This document shows, piece by piece, positions 8,270 to 13,465 of a stretch of DNA of 64,000 nucleotides. The position numbers and the translations under genes are program-made. Under the pieces are notes generated by a model. The model saw only the letters and a program-made list of their open reading frames with translations, was not told the origin of the DNA and did no database searches. Source of the DNA: Elusimicrobiaceae bacterium (GTDB lineage: Bacteria; Elusimicrobiota; Elusimicrobia; Elusimicrobiales; Elusimicrobiaceae); assembly GCA_017546175.1 (NCBI GenBank), contig JAFYXM010000003.1:51370-115369 (forward strand). Direction: 5' to 3'. Every line of letters starts with the position of its first letter. Within the stretch, counting starts at the first letter, position 1.

Positions 8270-9469
8270 TTATTTCTCTTTCTTTGCTTTCTTTTGCCAA
8301 GGTTTGGGCTCGTTGGAGGCTTTTACAACACCTAACGGAGTCAGTTTGACCAAGATTTTCACCAAGTCTTTTTGGTTTTCCATTACCTCGTCAATATTCT
8401 TATACGCGCTGGGGGCTTCGTCTAACAGGCCTTGCTCGTTCATGCGGTGCACAATGCCTTGGCTGTTTAAGATTTCCTGCTCGTGGGCCAAATCTAAATC
8501 TTTCATGGCTCTGCTGCGCGACATGCACCGCCCTGCCCCATGGGAACAAGATTGCAAAGAACTCTCGTTTCCTAAGCCCTGCACAATGTAGGAGCTCGTT
8601 CCCTGAGAACCGGGGATAATGCCCGTCGTATTTTCGCGTGCCAAAGTGGCCCCTTTGCGGTGCACCCATACTTTGCGGTTGTAATGCTCTTCCGCCGCGG
8701 CGTAGTTGTGGTGGATATTAATTTCCTGTACAAACTCCGCTTGCGGAAATTCTTCCAAAAACACCTTTTTGATAGACGTGGCAATCATTTTGCGGTTTTC
8801 AAAGGCAAAATCCAAGCAGAGTTTCATTTCATTAATATAATCGCCTGCTTCTCGTGTACCGATAGGAAGAAAAGCCAAATCTTGCTTGGCGATTTCTTCT
8901 TGCTTAAACATAGTGCAGAGTTTAACGGCTTTGTCGTTGTAATACTCGGCTACCTGTTTGCCCAAGTTGCGGCTGCCGCTGTGAATCATAAACCAAATGT
9001 GCCCGTCACTGCCGCGCTGAATTTCTATAAAGTGGTTTCCCCCACCCAACGTGCCGATTTGCTTTTGGGCGGAGAAAAATTCCCTTTTACATACTTCCGT
9101 CTTATTCCAACGGGTCAAATCCTGAAAAAGCGGGTTTTCCTGCGCTTCTTTATGGTGAGTAAACCCTACCGGCACGCGGTCGTAGATTTTATCTACAATG
9201 GCCTGCACTTTATCGCGCGTAATATCCGTAAGGCTCGTCTGTACGGCCAACATACCGCACCCGATATCCACCCCTACCATGTTGGGAGAAATGGCATTAT
9301 CTAAGGCCACTACCCCGCCAATAGGCATACCATAACCGCAATGGGCATCGGGCATCAAGCACACATTTCCCACCAAACAAGGGTGCTTAGATAAGTTTTG
9401 CACCTGTTGCATAGCCGCAGGCTCTAAATTTTTACACCAAGATAAAATGTTTTCTGCTAATTGTTCCAT
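8270..9469 (-). CDS. rtcB: RNA-splicing ligase RtcB (3'-phosphate/5'-hydroxyl RNA ligase)
   Basis: 399 aa with all metal/GMP-His motifs present: MPDAHCGYG, GGGNHFIE, IHSGSRNLG, NIHHNYA, SCSHGAGR. Confidence 0.95.
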   Translation of the reverse strand: MEQLAENILSWCKNLEPAAMQQVQNLSKHPCLVGNVCLMPDAHCGYGMPIGGVVALDNAISPNMVGVDIGCGMLAVQTSLTDITRDKVQAIVDKIYDRVPVGFTHHKEAQENPLFQDLTRWNKTEVCKREFFSAQKQIGTLGGGNHFIEIQRGSDGHIWFMIHSGSRNLGKQVAEYYNDKAVKLCTMFKQEEIAKQDLAFLPIGTREAGDYINEMKLCLDFAFENRKMIATSIKKVFLEEFPQAEFVQEINIHHNYAAAEEHYNRKVWVHRKGATLARENTTGIIPGSQGTSSYIVQGLGNESSLQSCSHGAGRCMSRSRAMKDLDLAHEQEILNSQGIVHRMNEQGLLDEAPSAYKNIDEVMENQKDLVKILVKLTPLGVVKASNEPKPWQKKAKKEK

Positions 9470-9479
9470 AATTCATTCC

Positions 9480-9944
9480 TTATACACCTAGTATTTCTAT
9501 TTGGTCTCCATCTTTCATGACAAATTCTGTCCAAGCAAATATATCATCAAGCATACTATCTATTTCTTTATGATCGCTCCATACAGCATCAGGGTAATTG
9601 GTTAAACTATATGTATAATCATAATCGATTTCTTGCTTTACCTGTTGGACATAATCATACATATCCTTAAACGAATTAAAACGAACGAGTTTTCGCGCCT
9701 CATTGAGTAGTTTTAGCCAATCTTGTTTTTTTAATGCATAGCATTCATATATATCTAATCCGCTAAGATCTATTACTATTCCATAAGCAACTGCCAAAAA
9801 TAAGAAATCATCTAGATTGATATAAAGTTGATTTAATCTTCTATCATCCGAAGGGTAACAGTACAATACAATATAGTCGGTAGTATTTCTTTCTTGATTC
9901 AGCTTTTTACTTTTTGGTTTAAAAACTAGATTATTGTTCGTCAT
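9480..9944 (-). CDS. hypothetical protein (154 aa), first gene of the rtcB operon
   Basis: The ORF-track frame was trimmed to the ATG at 9944, which is preceded by AGGAAG. It lies 10 nt upstream of rtcB. I recognise no motif. Confidence 0.6.
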   Translation of the reverse strand: MTNNNLVFKPKSKKLNQERNTTDYIVLYCYPSDDRRLNQLYINLDDFLFLAVAYGIVIDLSGLDIYECYALKKQDWLKLLNEARKLVRFNSFKDMYDYVQQVKQEIDYDYTYSLTNYPDAVWSDHKEIDSMLDDIFAWTEFVMKDGDQIEILGV

Positions 9945-9970
9945 AAGACTTTTTCTTCCTAATCTATAGT

Positions 9971-9994
9971 AAAAACCAAGGGAAAGACTCCCTT
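9971..9994 (-). terminator. terminator-like hairpin immediately upstream of the hyp154 RBS (possible attenuator)
   Basis: On the minus strand: AAGGGA-GTCTT-TCCCTT followed by GGTTTTT. Sits in the leader of the rtcB operon. Confidence 0.35.
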
Positions 9995-10097
9995 TCCACC
10001 CTAGCACGCACTTAAGCGCTTCCTAGGCAGTGGAAAGGTGCATACTTAGAATCCTCTCCTAGGCAGGACTTCCACAATAGTCTTTCCATTGGCACAT

Positions 10098-10134
10098 CAA
10101 AAAGGATAGCCGATCTCTAGGAATCGGACCTTTT
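10098..10134. terminator. bidirectional terminator-like hairpin flanked by an A-tract and a T-tract
   Basis: AAAAAGG-ATAG-CCGAT-CTCTAGGA-ATCGG-A-CCTTTTT. A second ATCGG copy at 10137-10141 offers an alternative pairing partner. Confidence 0.4.
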
Positions 10135-10199
10135 TGTATCGGAGCAGAGACCAGGTGTATGCAACCCTGTGCTAACCCCGACACTTATATCGTAGCATA

Positions 10200-10271
10200 C
10201 GTACGCGACAGCGTATGGTCGTATTAAAAAATATTTTTAAAAAATTTATCACGACCTACTGTTGTCGCGTA
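10200..10271. promoter_or_regulatory. 22-nt-arm imperfect inverted repeat around an AT-rich core; candidate operator with back-to-back divergent promoters
   Basis: GTACGCGACA (10200-10209) pairs perfectly with TGTCGCGTAC (10262-10271), and GGTCGT (10216-10221) with ACGACC (10250-10255). The core is ATTAAAAAATATTTTTAAAAAATTTATC. Candidate plus-strand promoter: TTATCA (10245-10250) - 18 nt - TACTAA (10269-10274). Candidate minus-strand promoter: GTGATA (10251-10246) - 18 nt - TTTAAT (10227-10222). Confidence 0.5.
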
Positions 10272-10280
10272 CTAATGTTA

Positions 10281-10628
10281 TGATAGATATATGAGTAGCA
10301 AAGCGTGGAGATAAAACCTACAGACCGAAGCGCTTGCTACCCAAAAAGATAGGTTTTATAGTAACTCTGTGCAAGTAGAGATGGAGATCTTCTATATTCC
10401 CTATTTAAAAGGCAAAAGGCGGGCTAGACTTGCCAACAGACACGGCTTGCGTAAGCGTGTGAGGCATTTTTAGTTCACCTTTAACCTAAGGGGTGTTAGG
10501 TATTGGCAGTTCTGCTTAACAGTATTTCGGGCACCCGCCCGATCCAGAGCCATGGGGAACAGCACTCCTATAAGCGCTCGGGTTTTACTTAGAGCAGTCT
10601 GAGATACTGCCTAGCACCCTTTTTATTT
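10281..10628 (+). ncRNA. candidate structured RNA or long leader upstream of the NTase operon, ending in a U-tract
   Basis: No ORF of 60 aa or more on either strand. Multiple complementary segments: 10294-10304/10330-10339, 10310-10319/10349-10358, 10439-10447/10452-10459, 10491-10497/10611-10617, 10504-10509/10605-10610, 10511-10518/10588-10596, and the hairpin CGGGC-ACCC-GCCCG at 10527-10540. CTTTTTATTTT at 10618-10628. The 5' end is a guess from the candidate promoter. Confidence 0.4.
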
Positions 10629-10663
10629 TAGAGCTTTATCGCACAAAAACTTATCATACAATT

Positions 10664-11425
10664 ATGAAAGAGAAGATCATTAAAAAATTAGAAGAACTGG
10701 AAAAAGAGCACCATATCAAAATCTTTCACGCGGTGGAATCGGGAAGCCGTGCGTGGGGGTTCGCATCGCAAGACAGCGATTATGATGTCCGCTTTTTGTA
10801 TTATCACCGCCCCGAGTGGTATTTTTCGGTTTCAAAGCAAGCAGATAACCTTGTGCAAATGCAAGAAAACAATTTACTGGATTTTGCCGGCTGGGAACTG
10901 AAAAAAACTTTGCTTTTGCTTATCAAGGGGAATATGTCCTTATATGAGTGGATACATAGCCCTATTGTCTATAAACAAAGCAAAGAATTTGATGCTTTCC
11001 AAGCACTTGCCCAAGAGTTCTACAATCCCAAAGCATTAATGTTTTCATATGTAGGGCTAGCAGAAAACAACTGCAAAGCCTATGCCGACAGAGAAAAGCC
11101 AAAACTTAAAAAGTATTTGTACATTTTGCGCACTTTAGCGGCTTGCCACTGGATAGAACAACGGAAAACTCCTCCCCCCATAGAAATGGATAAACTGAAG
11201 GAAGTTTTCCGCCACGAACCGCTTATATGGGACTTCTTAAACAACTTGATTGAGGAGAAAAAGAAAGGGACAGAGCTGGGCGTTATAGATTCCCCTGTGC
11301 TTATTAACCGGTGGATAGAAGAACAACTATCCTATTATAAGAAGTTAGCCGACAGGTTGCCCGACTCGGTAAAAGATACGACTCTTTTATCAAACTTCTT
11401 TTATAAGACAGTCATGGAGAGATAA
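10664..11425 (+). CDS. Pol-beta superfamily nucleotidyltransferase, RlaP-like (RNA-ligase-associated NTase, COG3541-like)
   Basis: 253 aa with NTase motif ESGSRAWGFASQDSDYDVRFLY (GS...DxD) and a helical C-terminal region. Neighbours rtcB. No clear SD before the ATG. Confidence 0.7.
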   Translation: MKEKIIKKLEELEKEHHIKIFHAVESGSRAWGFASQDSDYDVRFLYYHRPEWYFSVSKQADNLVQMQENNLLDFAGWELKKTLLLLIKGNMSLYEWIHSPIVYKQSKEFDAFQALAQEFYNPKALMFSYVGLAENNCKAYADREKPKLKKYLYILRTLAACHWIEQRKTPPPIEMDKLKEVFRHEPLIWDFLNNLIEEKKKGTELGVIDSPVLINRWIEEQLSYYKKLADRLPDSVKDTTLLSNFFYKTVMER

Positions 11426-11426
11426 A

Positions 11427-11729
11427 ATGAAAACGATTTTATTTGATATAGACGGTACATTGGCAGACTGAAACGGACGGGAAAAGTTCTTAAAACAAGA
11501 AAAACCTGATTGGAAGAACTTTAACGCTAAAGAGGTAAAACAAGATATACTAAACTCCCTCAGAACCCAAGGAAAGGATATTCTTTTTACCATAGATGAC
11601 CGCCAAAGTGTAGTGGATATGTGGCGTGCTAATGGTATTACTTGTTTACAATGTAAAAAAGGAATTATTAGCTTTTATTTTTCGGTAAAATATACAATAA
11701 GCATAATAAAAACATCTATGAGGGTATAG
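11427..11729 (+). pseudogene. decayed HAD-family (T4 Pnk-type) polynucleotide 3'-phosphatase: in-frame TGA at codon 15 and apparent internal deletion
   Basis: MKTILFDIDGTLAD-TGA-NGREKFLKQEKPDWKNF...GKDILFTIDDRQSVVDMWRANGITCLQCKKG. HAD motif I (DxDGT) and motif IV (DD) plus the VVDMW..G..C.Q tail are recognisable. The roughly 60 aa that normally carry motifs II/III are missing. Confidence 0.6.
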
Positions 11730-11731
11730 TA

Positions 11732-12703
11732 ATGTCTTTATTCTTTCTTTTGGCTTTAATCGGAGGATGGTGTCTTATTTTTTGGATAGCCACCCTAATG
11801 GGCAGAAAAGATTTTGCAGTCAATCTTTTTCCGATATTTTTTTTCGTGGTAATAGCCTATTTGTGGGTAAATGCCAACAAGGATACTTATTGGTTCCGAG
11901 GTATTTTCGCAAAACCTGCCGGTAAGCCAAAAGATTTTGTACTACCCCCCAAAAAAACTATCTCTGACGAAACTACCTCCTATTACAGAAAAATAAAAGA
12001 GGCATTAAAATCAAAAAGCGATATTTGCTTTGAATACACCAATATGCAAGGCCAAACTGCCACAAGGCATGTAAGGCCCACGGAAATTTATTTTGCCGGA
12101 TACGGAAAAGTTTACATAAAGGGATTTGATTTAGATAAACAAGAGGAGCGTAATTTTAAGGTGGAAAAAATGAAAAATTTACAAATCCTTTCAAGTAGCC
12201 AAACAAAGAGTACGGATAAAAACTCCGAGTTTCTTTTAACATTAAAAACTTACTCAAAAACCATTTTTATCTTAATCGGCATACAGGCAAGCGGCAAGAG
12301 TTCTTTTGCCAATAGATTTCTGGGAAATTGCACCCACATCAGCCTAGACCAGTTAAACACAAGACGAAACGAAGAAACGGCCTTAAAAGTGGCTCTTCTG
12401 ATAATGAAAGAAAACTGTGTAATAGATAACACCAACCCCACTCGCCAAGAACGCCAAAAATACATTGATTTGGGGAAAAAAGCCGGTTATAAAATAGTGG
12501 GGCTCTATTTTAGCTCCGCAATTAACGAATGTATTAAACGCAACGACAAACGCTTCGGCAAGGCAAAAATACCGCTCAAAGGCCTGCTTGCCACCGCCAA
12601 ACGCTTGCAACAACCGTCTTTGCAGGAAGGGTTTGATGAACTATACTATGTAAAAATAGAAAACAAAGAATTTGTTATTTCCAAATGGGACGAAACACTA
12701 TGA
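11732..12703 (+). CDS. membrane-anchored WYL domain fused to a P-loop polynucleotide-kinase-like (AAA_33) domain
   Basis: Two N-terminal hydrophobic helices (LFFLLALIGGWCLIFWIATL, LFPIFFFVVIAYLWV). WYL-like module ICFEYTNMQGQTATRHVRPTEIYFAGYGKVYIKGFDLDKQEERNFKVEKMKNL. Kinase features: Walker A ILIGIQASGKSSF, then SLDQL, IDNTN and R-rich lid motifs. RBS GAGGG. Confidence 0.75.
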   Translation: MSLFFLLALIGGWCLIFWIATLMGRKDFAVNLFPIFFFVVIAYLWVNANKDTYWFRGIFAKPAGKPKDFVLPPKKTISDETTSYYRKIKEALKSKSDICFEYTNMQGQTATRHVRPTEIYFAGYGKVYIKGFDLDKQEERNFKVEKMKNLQILSSSQTKSTDKNSEFLLTLKTYSKTIFILIGIQASGKSSFANRFLGNCTHISLDQLNTRRNEETALKVALLIMKENCVIDNTNPTRQERQKYIDLGKKAGYKIVGLYFSSAINECIKRNDKRFGKAKIPLKGLLATAKRLQQPSLQEGFDELYYVKIENKEFVISKWDETL

Positions 12704-13455
12704 AATTTGATGAATTTGATAAAAAAATGAGAAAGTTTGAGGAATCGTTGGATCAGGTTATCCCTTCCACTTCCTTTATGGTGGCCCGCCTTGACGGTAA
12801 GGGTTTTACCAAATTAACCAAGAAAGATATGGTTTTGGAAAAACCCTTTGATATCCGATTCAGGGACGCCGTCATCAATACGATTAAATATCTCATGAAC
12901 GGATATTTCCAAATTGCATATGCATACAATGAAAGTGATGAAATTTCTCTTTTATTCAAATCCAATGCAGATAAATTCGGCCGAAAAGTACGCAAATATA
13001 ATTCTATTCTGGCAGCCGAAACCAGTGTGCATTTTTCCCAACAAATCGCACAAAACGCCATTTTTGATTGCCGCATGATTGCCTTGCCCGATATAGAAGC
13101 CGTACAAGATTATTTTGCGTGGCGGCAGACTGATTCCAACCGAAATTCCGTTCTGGCGCATTGTTATTATAAACTGGTAGCCGATGGAAAAACCCCGCAG
13201 GAGGCCGCCGCTTACTTACGCAATTTGCCTTTTCGCGATAAAGTACAGCTTTTGGCTCATTTTGGCATGGAATTAAACGATATTCCCAAGTGGCAACTAT
13301 ACGGAAGTGCCGTCTATTGGCAAGAAAATATCAAACAAGGGCTTAACCCTGCCACCCACACTTCCCAACAGACACTGCGCCATACGCTGACGGTAAATTA
13401 TGACTTACCCGTCGGGGAAGAGTATCGCCGTTTTATTACCCGACAAATTACTTAA
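12700..13455 (+). CDS. Thg1-like protein (TLP), tRNA 3'-5' nucleotidyltransferase
   Basis: MKFDEFDKKMRKFE..., ARLDGKGFTKLTK, EKPFDIRFRD, YNESDEISLLF, FGRKVRKYNSILAAETS. The start was chosen at the ATGA overlap with the upstream stop (12700-12703). Confidence 0.85.
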   Translation: MKFDEFDKKMRKFEESLDQVIPSTSFMVARLDGKGFTKLTKKDMVLEKPFDIRFRDAVINTIKYLMNGYFQIAYAYNESDEISLLFKSNADKFGRKVRKYNSILAAETSVHFSQQIAQNAIFDCRMIALPDIEAVQDYFAWRQTDSNRNSVLAHCYYKLVADGKTPQEAAAYLRNLPFRDKVQLLAHFGMELNDIPKWQLYGSAVYWQENIKQGLNPATHTSQQTLRHTLTVNYDLPVGEEYRRFITRQIT

Positions 13456-13465
13456 CAGGATAATT

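Noticed and set aside
9945-10007. N-terminal extension of the 175-aa track ORF (MLGWKGSLSLGFYYRLGRKSL...)
   Set aside because: The internal ATG at 9944 has an AGGAAG RBS. The extension overlaps a terminator-like hairpin and looks non-coding.
10021-10066. Two copies of TCCTAGGCAG resembling the CRISPR repeat segment TTCCTATTAGGCAC (an orphan or degenerate repeat, or a scaRNA-like element)
   Set aside because: Only about 10-11 nt match, with a 3-nt indel. CCTAGG is a self-complementary hexamer likely to recur in structured RNA. The match is too short to claim a CRISPR relation without a search.
10115-10130. GGTCCGATTCC (minus strand) resembling a tRNA T-arm GGTTCGATTCC, suggesting a tRNA-like or YrlA-like module
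   Set aside because: The flanking bases do not form a T-stem. The segment instead pairs as CCGAT/ATCGG in a terminator-like hairpin, and no acceptor or D-arm equivalents were found.
10008-10663. Possibility that the ORF-free hub is a known housekeeping RNA (RNase P RNA, tmRNA, 6S, SRP RNA)
   Set aside because: I could not find the RNase P P4 signature (GAGGAAAGTCC / ACAGAA), the tmRNA tag ORF or tRNA-Ala-like end, or the SRP GGAA/AGCA domain-IV motif. The check was by eye only, so an Rfam scan is still needed.
11469-11471. In-frame TGA in the HAD phosphatase frame as selenocysteine or programmed recoding
   Set aside because: I see no SECIS-like hairpin immediately downstream. The position right after motif I is not a redox site. 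The frame also lacks about 60 aa of essential core, so decay is the simpler explanation.
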